NCBI GenBank assembly: GCA_963771985.1
Contig: CAVYVO010000032.1
Coordinates: 5,019 to 69,018 of the forward strand
Direction of reading: 5' to 3'
Length of the DNA: 64,000 nt
Source of the DNA: an uncultured Actinomycetota bacterium
GTDB taxonomy: Bacteria; Actinomycetota; Actinomycetes; Streptosporangiales; Streptosporangiaceae
The position numbers were made by a program, and so were the translations under genes. The notes under the pieces were generated by a model. The model did not search any database. It was not told where the DNA came from and saw only the letters and a program-made list of their open reading frames with translations. This document shows positions 36,096 to 47,664 of this stretch, one piece after another (within the stretch, counting starts at the first letter, position 1; every line of letters starts with the position of its first letter).

Positions 36096-37400
36096 ATGGC
36101 AGAGCCGTACGGGAACCATCGCGACACGGACGGACAGCCGGACGGGGACTACGGCGGCGAGCGCCTGGTGGTGCGGACAGCGCCGGTCCCCGATCCCGGC
36201 GACCTGGTTAGCCGGCTCCCGGAACCCGAGGCGCTCGCCTGGATACGGCACGGGGCGGGGCTGGTCGGCTGGGGGGAAGCGGCGCGGGTGACGCTGCCCG
36301 CGGGGGACGACAGGTTCACCTCCGCCGAGAAGTGGCTGCGGGAGGTCGCCGAAGGGGCGGACGTCGAGGACGAGGCCGGGCGCCGGGGATCGGGCCTGGT
36401 GGCGTTCGGCAGCTTCACCTTCGACGACTGCTCCGAGGGGTCGGTGCTGATTGTGCCCCGCGCGGTGCTCGGGCGGGACGGCGAAGGCAACGCCTGGCTG
36501 ACGACTATTTCGGTCAAAGGCGAGTCGCCGCGGCACGCGGCGCCGTACCGGCCGCTTACCGTCCCGGCGGGAATCCGGTGGCACGACGGGTCGCTGTCCG
36601 CCCCCGAATGGGAGCAGGCGGTCGCCGCCGCCGTGCGCCGGATCGCGCTCGGCGACCTGCGCAAGGTGGTGCTCGCCAGGGACCTGTACGCGTCCGCCGA
36701 CGCGCCGATCGACGCGCGGGTGCTGCTGCGCAGGCTGTCCGCACGCTACCCGGACTGCTTCACGTTCGCCTGCGCCGGGCTGGTCGGCGCCACCCCCGAG
36801 CTGCTCATCCGCAGGGATGGCTGCAAGGTTAGTTCGCTCGTGCTGGCGGGCACCACGCCCCGCGGCGTCACGGACGAGGAAGACGCGCGGCTGGCGGCTG
36901 CCCTGCTCGGCTCCGCGAAAGACAACGAAGAGCACAGCTACGCCGCCGCGTCGCTGCACGAGGCGATCGCGCCGCTATGCGAGACCCTGCACATCGCCCC
37001 GCGTCCCGAGCTCATCAAGTTCGCTAACCTCCAGCACCTCGCCACCCGCGTGCACGGCACGCTGGCGGCCGACCGCTCCGCGCTGGCCCTGGCGGCGGCG
37101 CTGCACCCGACCGCCGCGGTCGGCGGCACCCCGACCCAGACGGCCGTCGAGCTCATCAGGGAACTCGAGAACATGGACCGGGAACGCTATGCCGGGCCGG
37201 TCGGCTGGGTCGACGCCGACGGGAACGGCGAGTGGGGCATCGCCCTGCGCTGCGCCCAGCTCGCCGGGGAGCGGGCCCGGCTGTTCGCCGGATGCGGGAT
37301 CGTCGCGGGCTCCGACCCGGCGGCCGAACTGGCGGAGGCACAGGTAAAGTTCCGGCCAATGCAGACCGCTCTGGAACAACCGGACTTATCGCCGGCGTGA
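36096..37400 (+). CDS. Isochorismate synthase (MenF-like)
   Basis: KVVLARD, GATPELL, LAGT, KDNEEH, QHLAT, LHPTAAVGG, YAGPVGW, LRCA, AGCGIVAGS. Confidence 0.92.
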   Translation: MAEPYGNHRDTDGQPDGDYGGERLVVRTAPVPDPGDLVSRLPEPEALAWIRHGAGLVGWGEAARVTLPAGDDRFTSAEKWLREVAEGADVEDEAGRRGSGLVAFGSFTFDDCSEGSVLIVPRAVLGRDGEGNAWLTTISVKGESPRHAAPYRPLTVPAGIRWHDGSLSAPEWEQAVAAAVRRIALGDLRKVVLARDLYASADAPIDARVLLRRLSARYPDCFTFACAGLVGATPELLIRRDGCKVSSLVLAGTTPRGVTDEEDARLAAALLGSAKDNEEHSYAAASLHEAIAPLCETLHIAPRPELIKFANLQHLATRVHGTLAADRSALALAAALHPTAAVGGTPTQTAVELIRELENMDRERYAGPVGWVDADGNGEWGIALRCAQLAGERARLFAGCGIVAGSDPAAELAEAQVKFRPMQTALEQPDLSPA

Positions 37401-37600
37401 CATAGTTGTCGGGTGACGGGTGGGATGGGTCGCATCGAAGCCGCCTTGTCGATGTTCCTCGCCGTAGGGGCTCTTACCGGGCTTACCGGGGCAGCGGCTT
37501 CGACATCACCGATCAAGGGGACCTGGGGCCCTGCCGTGGAAGTGCCCGGGCTGTCGGTCCTGAGCCCCGGGCCGGTACATATCGTTGGCCTATGGGGCTT

Positions 37601-38245
37601 ATGAAAGTGCGTTCGGTTAATATTGGCAAGCCGCGGCCTAATCCATGGAAGCCGGTCAAGCTCACGGGCATCGACAAGCAGCCCGTCAGCGGGCCGGTCA
37701 TGGTTACGGCCCCCGGCCCCAAAGGCACCGGCGCCGTCGGACTGGCCGGCGACCGGGTCTACGACGTCGAGCACCACGGCGGCCCTGACCAGGCTGTGTA
37801 CGCATACGCCCGCGAAGATCTCAATGTGTGGGAAGCCGAGCTGGGCACCCCACTGCGGGACGGCGTCTTCGGCGAGAACCTCACCACCGACGGCATCGAC
37901 ATCACCGGCGCGCTGATCGGCGAACGCTGGCGTGCCGGGCAGGACCTGCTCCTGGAGGTCTGCTGCCCCCGTATCCCGTGCGGCACCTTCCAGGGCTGGC
38001 TGGCGCAGGCCGGCTGGATCAAGCGGTTCACCGAAGCCGCCAGGCCAGGGACGTATCTGCGGGTCATCGAGCCGGGGCAGATCAGCGCCGGCGACCCGGT
38101 CGTGGTCGAGCACCGGCCCGATCATGACGTAACCGTAGCCGTGGCCTTCAGGGCGCTGACCATCGAGCCTGAGCTGCTCCCCAGGCTGCCCGCCGCCGAG
38201 GCGCTGCCCGACGAGGTCAAGGACCTGGTCCGCAAGCGCGCCTAG
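37601..38245 (+). CDS. MOSC-domain protein (YiiM-like)
   Basis: TGIDKQP, HHGGPDQAVYAY, FGENLTT, PRIPC, PGTYLRVIEPG. Confidence 0.92.
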   Translation: MKVRSVNIGKPRPNPWKPVKLTGIDKQPVSGPVMVTAPGPKGTGAVGLAGDRVYDVEHHGGPDQAVYAYAREDLNVWEAELGTPLRDGVFGENLTTDGIDITGALIGERWRAGQDLLLEVCCPRIPCGTFQGWLAQAGWIKRFTEAARPGTYLRVIEPGQISAGDPVVVEHRPDHDVTVAVAFRALTIEPELLPRLPAAEALPDEVKDLVRKRA

Positions 38246-38597
38246 CGTGCTCGCGCGCCGCCTGAACCCGCCCGCCGGTCCCCGCCATCGGCGTCCTCGA
38301 CTTCAAGGCCGGCGCGGCGCCGGCCGAGACCGGCTACCGGTACGCGGCCGACGCGCTGGCCCAGTCTGACCTGCCCCGCTGTTTCCGCTGAGGTCGCGCC
38401 GCGAAAGGCATTTATCCGTAACGGTCCCGTGCCTCCGCCACGTCCCGCACACAGACTTTCCAAGCGGCGGCGTAACCGTTGAAGGGTCCTGCCCCTCGCC
38501 CTCCTTATTCGGCGCGGAGGATGGCGGCGGGGGTGCGGACAGCACCACCGGCTCCGGGATACCTCCCCCATTGACCGGCGCGAGCGCCGCCGGTGGA

Positions 38598-41099
38598 ATG
38601 CTCGCTATGGCAACGGTCTGGCTCGCGCTGCGCGCCGACGTGCGCCGCCGGTGGCGCGCGCTGCTGAGCCTGACCCTGATCTTGGGGATCACCGGCGGCG
38701 TGGTGCTGACCGCGGCGGCGGGCGCGCGGCGCACTGACACCGCCTACCCCCGGCTGCTGCGCTGGGCGAACGCCGCACAGCTCGACGTGCTGCCCGGCAA
38801 CCCCGACCCGCCGTACTTCGCCGCGCTGGCCCGGCTTCCGCAGGTCACGGCGATGTCGTCGGCGATCCAGTACAACGTGGGGCTCCCCGCTCCCGGCGAT
38901 CAGCCCCCGGACACGCAGCTGAAGGCCCTGGCCAGCCCCGACGACACGCTGGGCGTATCCGTGGACCGGGTCAAGATCACCGAGGGAGCGATGTTCAGCC
39001 CCGGCGCGGCGGGCGAGGCCGTGATCGACCCGCAGCTCGCCGCCGTGGAGCACCTGCGGCCCGGCGGCACCCTGCGGCTGGTGGGGATCCCATACCTTCC
39101 GCAGAACGAGGGCGCCGGCCCGGACCTCAAACATGCGTTCCCGCTGACCTTCACGGTGACAGGCATCGCCGTCTTCGACGATCAGGTGGTGCCCACGACG
39201 GTGACCAACGAGCAGCCACGGGTCTTGCTCACCCCGGCGTTCAGCCGGACCAAGGCGGCGAACTCGATCGTCTACATGCCCGAGGCGGGGCTGCGGTTGC
39301 GTCCGGGCACAGACCTCGCGTCGTTCACCGCGCGGGCACGCGCGCTGGAGGCGCGGTATCCGCAGGCTCAGGCTGCCTACACCGTCGTCGTCAACCTGAC
39401 CGACGAGGTCGCCGCCACGGAGCGGGCCATCAGGCCGGAGGCCGTGGCGCTCGCGGTATTCGCCGGGCTGGCCGGGCTGATCGCGCTCGCGGTGCTCGGC
39501 CAGCTGCTAGCCAGGCAGCTCGCACTCGACTCGGCCGAGTTCCCGATCCTGCGCGCCATCGGCATGACCAGGCGCAGCCTGCTCGTGCTGGCCATGGCCC
39601 GGCTGGCCGTGGTCACCGTCGCCGGGGCGCTCGTCGCCGTGGCGCTCGCGGTCGCCGCTTCCCCGCTGATGCCGATCGGGTCGGCCCGGATCGCCGAACC
39701 GGACCCGGGTGTCGAGGTCAACGTGGCCTTGCTCGCCGCTGGCTTCGCGGTTATCGCGGCGGCGCCGCTGGCGGTGCTCGCGGGGCCGACCTGGCGGGCG
39801 GTGAGCCGGGCGCTCGGGCCGCTCGGCGTGGCCGAGCCGGCTGGGGGCCGGACCCGGCCGTCGCTGCTGGCGGCGGCGCTGACGTCTTCCGGGCCCGTGA
39901 CGAGCGGCGTCGGCGTGCGGATGGCGTTCGAGCCGGGGCGCGGCCGGACCGCGGTGCCGGTGCGCAGCGCCCTGGCAGGCAGCGTGATCGCGCTCGCCGC
40001 CCTGGCGGCCGCCGCCGTCTTCGGCGCCAGCCTCGCCGGGCTCGTCGGCACGCCGCACCGGTACGGGGACAACTGGGACGCCCAGCTGAACCTCGGTTTC
40101 GCTGGCGTCTCCGGTCCCTACGCGGCGAAGCTGCTGTCCGCCGCGCCGGCGATCACGCAGTACGCGGCGGGCAACACCGGTCAGGTCACCGTCGATGGCA
40201 CCAGCGTGCCAGCGATCGGGGTCGACCAGTTGCACGGCAGCGGCTATCTGACGCTCCTGTCCGGGCACGCGCCGACGTCCGTGAACCAGATCGTGCTCGG
40301 CGCGCAGACGCTGCGCGCCGTCGGCCGACGGCTCGGGCAGACGGTGCAGGTTGCCGTCAACTTCGCGACCGAAACAGGAGGCCCGGCCACAACGCGCACG
40401 ATGCGTATCGTCGGCACCGCCGTCTTCCCCGACTTCGGCCTCCCCGGGCTCAGCGACACAGACCTGGGCAACGGCGCCCTGGTCGCGACGCCGCTACTGT
40501 CGGAGACTATGCCGCAGACCGGCTGCGTGCACGGTGCCACCTGCTACAACTTCTTCCTGCTCCGCTACCGGCCGGGCACCGACGCCAGCGCGGTGACGGC
40601 GCGGCTACTCGCCGCCACGGCCAAGGCCGGCTGCCCGGCCAGCTCCTGTACCGTCACCGCCGACAAGCGGCCCGGCGACATCAAGAACTACGCCGCGATC
40701 AGGGACACGCCGCTCGTCCTGGCCGCGGTCCTGGCGCTGCTCGCCGTCGGCACCCTCGCGCACGTGCTGCTCACCGGCGTGCGGCGCCGCCGCCGCGACC
40801 TGGCGGTGCTCAAGACCCTCGGCTGCACCAGGTCCCAGATCCACGGCATCGTCGCCTGGGAGGCCAGCGCGCTCGCCGCCGCCGCGCTGCTCGCCGGGAT
40901 CCCGCTCGGCGTCATCGCCGGCCGCCTGGCCTGGGCCGTCTTCGCCGACGCGGCGGGAGTCGCCAGCCAGGCTACTGTGGAGGTCCCGCTCGCGCTGCTC
41001 GCGATCCCGGCCACGCTGCTGCTCGCCAACGTCATCGCGGCCTGACCCGGCCGGACCGCCGCCCGGCTCCGTCCCGCCGCCGTGCTACGAACGGAATAG
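38598..41099 (+). CDS. FtsX-like ABC transporter permease, with a premature TGA at 41043-41045
   Basis: AGARRTDTAY and RRRRDLAVLKTLG; two FtsX TM modules. The frame continues after the TGA as PGRTAARLRPAAVLRTE*, the usual C-terminus. Confidence 0.85.
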
Positions 41100-41625
41100 C
41101 CGCCCGACGGCCCGCCCCGCTGCTGTGCCGGGTGCCCGCCGGCCGGTGGTTGATGGCCGCCGGGCAAGGCGTGTGCGGTTTATTGTGTGGCGGGGATGCG
41201 GGTCAGACGCCAGGCGACCACGGGGTCGTGTCCGAGGTTGGCGCCTCAGGTTACGCAGAATGGTTCGGTTTCGAGGCTGAGATCTTCGTCGCCGATGGCG
41301 TCGAAACGGAGTTTGCCGAGCATGGCGTCGGTGACGGCGGGGAAGTTCATCGCCAGCCATAGAAGGCCCGCCGCGACGTCCTCCGGGGTGAGGGCGGTGA
41401 GCCGGGCGATCCGGTCTCTCGATGAGGGCGCGGGAAGAGGCTCGCCAGGGCAGTACTGACGGGAGACGAGGCCGAGAGGGATAGGGCGCGGTGCGCCCGG
41501 GATAAGGGAAGACTAGGTCCATAGTTACTCCGTCCGGTTGGTGAATGGCGTGGCCTGGCGCCGCCGGGGTGCGCCAACACCGCGGCCCGCCTTCCTGGGC
41601 GGTCCAGAAGTACTCGGCGCGGGGG

Positions 41626-41915
41626 TTAGCCCGCTCGGGTGGTGGGCGGTCCGCGGCGGAGGATCTGGCCGTCGGGGCTGCGGGCTTCGGTGGTGCCGTC
41701 GGGGTGCAGGATCAGGGTCCAGCCGAGCCGGTGGATGCACACCTGGTGATGGAACGAGCGCAGCAAGATCAGGCCTTTGAGGCGGGTCTTGCCGCCGCGG
41801 GAGCGGTAAACAATATGGTGCACCTGACAGTCGGCGGCGGGCTTGTCGCAGCCGCCGGGCCATTGGCAGTGCTGGTCGCGGAGGATGACGGCGCGGCGCA
41901 GGTGGCCGGGGATGC
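41626..41915 (-). pseudogene. C-terminal HNH fragment of a DUF222/13E12-type protein
   Basis: IPGHLRRAVILRDQHCQWPGGCDKPAADCQVHHI..GGKTRLKGLILL.SFHHQVCIHRLGW. Confidence 0.8.
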
Positions 41916-42495
41916 CCCTGACCTTACCGGCATATATCGCCTATAAACGGACAAAGGAACTAACTTTATGAAATGGGTGTCCGTATAGGGGCGCCGTTAA
42001 CGAACGGGTCACCGGCCGCAAATGAGCGCGAGTACGAGCGCCGGGCGGCGTTGATGACGTCGTCGTAGCGCTGCTGGGCGTCGCGAGGGTCACGCTAGAG
42101 TAGCCGGGACTGACCCCGCCGGGCACTTGCTTGCCAGACCGGGCGCTTGCGCTCCGTTGCCAACCGTGACAGCTCGGCGAGTCGGCGACATGCGGTATCC
42201 ACCTGCACGCCCCCGCGGGTTGTCGGTGCTAGCAGCCAGCCGGGCGCAGAGGGAACGTTCTGTCGGGCATGATACGCGGGTGATCTTCGTAAAGATCTTG
42301 GCAGCCAGGGTGCTCGCCGCTGCGGGTTGCAGGTGGCAGCCGCCGCGATGCCGCCCGGATCCCGCGCGCTGGCCCACCGTTTGGGGTCGGATCGCCGCGG
42401 TGACGTCGGCGCGGGGGTGAGTGTTACAGTGCTGGTAGCTGCTCGTTGCGGCTTGTGCGCTGGTCCTGGTAGGCCGGCAGTCTTGAGGTCAGGCT

Positions 42496-42822
42496 ATGCG
42501 CCTGAATTTGGAAAGCGGCCGCGTCGGATCGTCAACAGCGCTGCTGGTTGTGACAGGGATCATCGACTGGAGCACGATCGCGCAGTTCCGGGCCGGGCTG
42601 TCCTGGCTGGTGTCCGGCCCGCGACCGGACGTCCTGGTGGACTTCACCGGGCTGCTGTCCTGGTCGCCGGAGGCGCAGCAGGTGCTGGCCGCCGCTACCG
42701 GGGAAGCGCGCCTGCACGGTGGCCGGCTGGCGATGTCCGGGCTGGCGCCGGTCCCCGCGTGGCAGGCGGGCGACTGTGACCTGCCGGGCCTTGAGCGCGT
42801 ACTTGAACACGCCGCCCCCTGA
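42496..42822 (+). CDS. STAS-domain (anti-anti-sigma-like) protein
   Basis: LLVVTGIIDWSTIAQFRAGL..VLVDFTGL..GGRLAMSG; lacks a canonical D-S-S/T-G motif. Confidence 0.65.
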   Translation: MRLNLESGRVGSSTALLVVTGIIDWSTIAQFRAGLSWLVSGPRPDVLVDFTGLLSWSPEAQQVLAAATGEARLHGGRLAMSGLAPVPAWQAGDCDLPGLERVLEHAAP

Positions 42823-43560
42823 GGCGGACAGGCACCTGGCGCCGCCGCCATCGCGCGCGCCGAGCGGGGCATCCGCATGCATGCCAGCGTGTCAGGCGGC
42901 CACGCCGATCACGACGTGTCTGCCTGGAGGGTGAGCAAAAACTGCCCGCGGCTCGCCGCTGCCCATCGCTGAGCCTGCCGCCGATCGGACGATCCACCAA
43001 GCCTCTGGCTGCCAAGGAGCCCCAGCCGGGCGATCCTTTCACGGCAGACACCGGGATCTGCCCCGCTGCAGCTGCACGGCGACGGTCAACCTTGCCACGG
43101 AACGTGACGAAGGCCTTGCGAGCGGGCGCGCCGGATCCGCCGTTCGGTGCGTCTGCCTGGTTGTCTGCTGGGTGGTCTTGGCTGCGCCTGAATGAACGGT
43201 CTGCGCGGGTATCGGCGTAGCTGTTCTGGCCGAGGACCCGGGCGGGTGCGGCAGCGAGCCTGGTCGGGGCTTTGCGGATGTCGTCTAGGGCCGAACGGTC
43301 CGCCCAGGCGGGACGTAGCGCCGCAGCGCCCGCTGATGCCCCAAGTCCAGGCTGAAGATAACGAAACAACCCGCGGATGGCGCAGGCGAGTAGCCCGGCG
43401 ACCGGGATGAGACCGGCAAGCAGCTGAGACGCTAGGTGCCTGCCCGGCCGGGAGCCCCCGGCCGGCGAGCGCGCTGCTCACTAGCACGCCCTGCGGACGC
43501 TGGGCCCGGCCTCGAGATGACCGCCCTCAGCCCATTTGACCGAGATTAAGGAGGCGCGTC

Positions 43561-44055
43561 ATGCGATCCCATCCGCTGGCCCGCCGGATCATATCCGCTC
43601 CGGCGCTTGGCCTGGCCCTGCTCGCGGCCCTTGCCGCCTGCGGCAGTTCCGGCACGTCCTCGGTAAGCCCGCCTCCGTCCACTCATTCCTCGCCCAGCGC
43701 AACGGCCCTGATCACGGCGAACTGGGAGGCGTTCTTCAGCGGCACGACCTCAGCCGCGAAGAAGATCACGCTGCTGCAGAACGGGCAGGCGTTCGCCGCC
43801 ATCATCAACGCCCAGTCCGGATCGAGCATGGCCGGCTCGGCCTCGGCGAAGGTCACCAAGGTGACCGTGACCTCGACGACGCAGGCGACGGTGGCTTACA
43901 ACATCCTGCTGGGAACCACGCCCGCGCTGACCAATCAGTCCGGCCTGGCCGTGTACCAGAACGGGACCTGGAAGGTCGGCGATGCCAGCTTCTGCGCGCT
44001 GCTGGCCCTGGAGAACGGCGGTAAGGCCCCGTCGGTGTGCAGCTCGGCCGGATAA
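43561..44055 (+). CDS. Lipoprotein (MTB12-like C-terminal domain)
   Basis: Lipobox LAAC; ITANWEAFF..KITLLQNG..G.AVYQNGTWKVGDASFCALL; AAGGAGG RBS. Confidence 0.8.
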   Translation: MRSHPLARRIISAPALGLALLAALAACGSSGTSSVSPPPSTHSSPSATALITANWEAFFSGTTSAAKKITLLQNGQAFAAIINAQSGSSMAGSASAKVTKVTVTSTTQATVAYNILLGTTPALTNQSGLAVYQNGTWKVGDASFCALLALENGGKAPSVCSSAG

Positions 44056-44136
44056 GGCGGGCCGCGCGGCCGCCTAGCAAGAGCCGTCGGGCTGCTCCTC
44101 GTTGCCCGGCGCCTGGCCATGCCCGCGTCCTTCCGG

Positions 44137-44901
44137 TTAGTCGGGCTGACCGAAGCCGGTGACGGCCAAGGTGAGGGACACCGCGGCGAAGCGCAGGTGA
44201 TGCCGATGCATGCGGCGTTGGGCAGTATGTGGCCGAACAGGTGAGGGTGCTGGAGAACTTCGCCGCGGCCGCTGGTGGCATGTGCTGGGCGGCGAAGACG
44301 GCCGAGCGCAGCGCGGCGACGGTGTAGGTGAGGGGGTTGACGATCGAGAAACCCTCCATCCGCTGGATGTGGCTGGCTACGAACACCCCGAACGCGGTCA
44401 TCGTGACCGCCATGAGCAGCTCGAGGCCGATCACCTCCACCACCAGCGGGGTCAGGCGAACGCCGATGAGCGGCGCCAGGGCGAGCATGATGGTGCCCTG
44501 GACGGTGGCGATGCTGGCTCGCCGAGGGTCTTGCCGGATACCAGCGCGGTGCGGCTGACCGGGGCCACCAGCATCTCACGCAGGAACCCGAACTCCCGGT
44601 CCCACACGATCGAGATCGCCGAGGAGATGGCGGTCGACATGACGGTCATGGCCACGATCCCGGGGAACAGGAACTTCTTGAAGTCGAACCCGGCGGTCGC
44701 GCCAACCAGCGAGCTCATCCCCCAGCCGAGGACGAACAGGAACAAGACCGGCTGGATGAAGCTGGACAGGACACGGGCACGGGTGCGGAAGAACCGGATC
44801 GCCTCCCGCTCCCACACCATGCCGACCGTGCACAGCTCCTCGGCCAGGCTCCCGCTCATCGGCCAGCGGCCGGCCGGGCAGGTCCAGGGCACCGGCTGTC
44901 A
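44137..44901 (-). pseudogene. ABC-2 (DrrB-like) permease, degraded
   Basis: WEREAIRFFR..FIQPVLFL..FLFPGIVAM..DREFGFLREMLVAPVSR, with frameshifts and an internal deletion before NPLTY. Confidence 0.8.
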
Positions 44902-45390
44902 TGGCTGCCTCCTAACGCCGGCCATGCGCGCGCGGGCCCGGGCGGGCAGGACGGGCTCGGCATGCTCGTCGCGGATCTGGTGCCCGGTGTAGTGCAGGAA
45001 CACATCATCGAGGGCGGGCCGGTGCACGTGCACCGTACGGACCCTGACCCCGGCGGCCTCGATGAGCCGGGGCACCAGGGCCTCGCCGTCCTCGGCGAAC
45101 ACCACCAGCCGCTCCTCACCGGGGCGCACCCGCCGCCCGGCCGGGTCAGCGTGCACAACATCCTGACCGTGGTCGTCTTCTCCGCCCCGTTCGGCCCCGG
45201 GAACGCGAACACCTCGCCCCGCCCGATCGAGAACGACACGTCCTTGACCGCCTGCACCGTCCCGTACCGTTTGGACAAGAACGCGACCTCAACCGCCGCA
45301 CCCGCGGCAGAGCCCGGACCACTGGCAGCGGGTTCGCGGGACGGCGTTTTCGTGCTGGCCACGACAGCCCTCCTCCGCGCCTTGCCCATG
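44899..45390 (-). pseudogene. DrrA-like ABC ATPase, internally deleted
   Basis: LSKRYG..AVKDVSF..degenerate Walker A GPNGAEKTT joined directly to the C-terminal PALDDVFLHYTG. Confidence 0.8.
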
Positions 45391-45574
45391 GTGACCCGGC
45401 CACGACCGGCAAGCCGGTTCCAGGCTGGCTGCCACGAGGGGCAACCTGGACAGGGCCGGACGTCACCTTCAGCCGGGACCACCTGTCCGCAACCCCCGTA
45501 CGGGGTCACGCCGGCGCGGGCCGCAGCCGGCCAGCATCGATCCCGCCGCCCTTCACCGCACATGCGGCCGGGCT

Positions 45575-46110
45575 GAGCCGGAGGGCCCGGCAGCAAAGAC
45601 GATCGTGGCCGTGTGCGCCTGGCGGCCTGGCCGGCCCAGTGCAGGCTGGCCGTGTCGCCCGGGTGGTAGGCATTTATCACCGACCGCAGGGGCATGACCT
45701 GATCGGCACGATGGCACTCCGCGGCCGGCCGGCCGCCCCGCGACCGGTGACAATACCGCCTCCACCCCGGCCGACGCCAGGAACGTCCCCGCGATAACCA
45801 GGGCCGTGACCCCGAGATCCGCCATCCGCAGCGGCGCGAGCACATCCAGCACGGCAGCGCCGGCTTGTCGTCGGGGTCAGGTCGCATAATCCCATCATCC
45901 CGCCGCCCGGGCCCGGCTGGCGGGTGAGGCCGACCGCGGACCTGACCTCGGCCGGATTCTTGATTCCCGGCGTGTCAGGTGACCACGGGCGGCCAGCGGC
46001 CGGGACTTCCGACTCTGCCGCCTGCCCAGGCACGGATACAGCTTCGGCCGGACCCCGCTGTGGGCGGGCATCTGCATGCTCCCGCTCACCGCCGGGTTCC
46101 TGCTCGCCGG
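45575..46110. pseudogene. Mosaic of short gene remnants (PDZ tail and two MFS pieces)
   Basis: Minus strand: VINAYHPGDTASLHW..HTATIVFAAGP (PDZ of an HtrA-like protein) and LDVLAPLRMADLG..VEAVLSP (MFS). Plus strand ~46052-46114: [21 protein letters not shown]. Confidence 0.55.
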
Positions 46111-46119
46111 GCCCGGAGG

Positions 46120-46680
46120 CCGGCAGAGTTATGTGCCGCTGACTGTCTGGGATCCGGCCAGCACGGCGGCGTACGTGGTCAAGAACGACGTATTCACCTG
46201 GCAGGCCTGGAACTACTTCGGCGGCTACGACTACTACACAGGCCAGGGCAGCTGCCCCGCGGACGTGTACCCGCTGTGCTCAAGGGCCCGGGTCGTCTCC
46301 TGCGACCGGCCGTACGCGACCGGGGACGGGGCCGGATCGTTCTTCCAGCTGGAATACCCGCTAGTCCGGTTCATGGAAGAACAGTGATCCCTGGAATCGT
46401 GGCTTTGGACGTGGACAAGTTCGACGCGGCTTACGGACAGCCCGCGTGGCCGGCCGGATCTGTGCTGCCGCTGAGGTGCAGCGGATCACGGGCAACATCC
46501 TCAGCGTGTCCGGCGCCGGGCCGGCCGGACGCACCCATCCTTCGGTCGCTAACTGGCAGCAGGTCACGGGCCTTGCCAGCCATGGCGGCCAGGCCGTGGG
46601 CACAGCCGGCCGCGATCGAGGTACACAGGGTGATGGCCAGTACCAGGGCGGCTGTCCGGGTCGCGGCGGTTGCCGCGTGA
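46120..46680 (+). pseudogene. DMF-amidase beta-like (DUF6605) remnant
   Basis: [41 protein letters not shown], and a distal VQRITGNILSVSGAGPAG piece. Confidence 0.7.
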
Positions 46681-46689
46681 CGCGGGCGC

Positions 46690-47664
46690 TCACCCGGGGC
46701 CCAGGTGCTCCGATGCGGTGATGAGTGCCCGGGGCAGCAGGTTGCGCCACATGGCGAAGGTGTGCACACCGGCGGGCTCGAAGTAGCGGTGCGGCACTGC
46801 CAGCGCGGTCAGTCCGGCGTTGAAGGCACGGTTTCCCGCCCGCATGAAGTCGGAGCGTCCGCAGTAGAACCAGATGAAGGCCCGCTCTGCCCGCAGCTGC
46901 GCGGCCACCGACCGGACCCAGTCCGCGGGGCTGTTGTACCGCAGCAGCCCGGCGCTGTGGCCGAAGATGGCGGGGAAATCGTCCGCGCGCATGTACCCGG
47001 ACCAGCTTTCCAGCAGCGTGAACTCGCCGGGATGATGCAGGCCGATGTTCAGCGCGCCGTAGCCTCCTTCTGACAGCCCGGCGATCCCGCGGCCGGCGCC
47101 GCTGCTGATGGTGCGGTAGCGCGCGTTGATCGCGTGCACCAGGTCGCGGGCGACGAACGTCTCCCAGCCGTTGCCGGGGCCGATGCCGTCGGCCCACTCG
47201 GTGTCGGTGAAGAACGAGCGCGTCCCGGTCGGCATGACCAGGATCAGCGGCTGCATCTTCCCCGCTGCCACCAGCGCCGTCTCCGCATCCTGGACATGCA
47301 GGATGTCCAGGAAGTCGGCGGGCTTGCCGGTGAAGCCGTGCAGCAGGTACAGCACCGGGTAGCGGCGCCAGGGATGGCTCGCATACCCGGGCGGCAGCAC
47401 CACGTAGCAGGTGTCCAGGTAGCCGCCCAGCGCCGGGCTGGCCACGGCGATCTTCCGCACCGCCGCGGGCAGCATCTGGGCCTTCCCGATGCTGCGCGGC
47501 GCCAGCGGCGCGGCGGACTCGCGGTACAGCCAGACAGCCCCGGCCGCCGCCAGCACGGCGGACACGACGGCGATCAGGGCAGCCTTCAGCCACCGGCGCG
47601 CGGGCCGGGCAGCCGCGCCGTCCTGGCTGTCCCGCGGCCGTGGCATCGCGTCCCGCCGGGCCAT
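46690..47664 (-). CDS. Membrane-anchored putative esterase (alpha/beta hydrolase, antigen-85/Fes-like)
   Basis: LPPGY..YPVLYLLHG; nucleophile elbow GLSEGG; GVHTFAMW. Confidence 0.88.
   Translation of the reverse strand: MARRDAMPRPRDSQDGAAARPARRWLKAALIAVVSAVLAAAGAVWLYRESAAPLAPRSIGKAQMLPAAVRKIAVASPALGGYLDTCYVVLPPGYASHPWRRYPVLYLLHGFTGKPADFLDILHVQDAETALVAAGKMQPLILVMPTGTRSFFTDTEWADGIGPGNGWETFVARDLVHAINARYRTISSGAGRGIAGLSEGGYGALNIGLHHPGEFTLLESWSGYMRADDFPAIFGHSAGLLRYNSPADWVRSVAAQLRAERAFIWFYCGRSDFMRAGNRAFNAGLTALAVPHRYFEPAGVHTFAMWRNLLPRALITASEHLGPG

Noticed and set aside
37425..37575. Short secreted-protein-like ORF (..GTWGPAVEVPG..)
   Set aside because: It looks like a truncated remnant; too short to assign.
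41043..41045. In-frame TGA as selenocysteine
   Set aside because: The position is the end of a TM helix where Trp fits; there is no redox motif or evident SECIS.
42830..43540. Several 70-220-aa ORFs between the STAS and lipoprotein genes
   Set aside because: No recognisable motifs and no coding-like codon bias.
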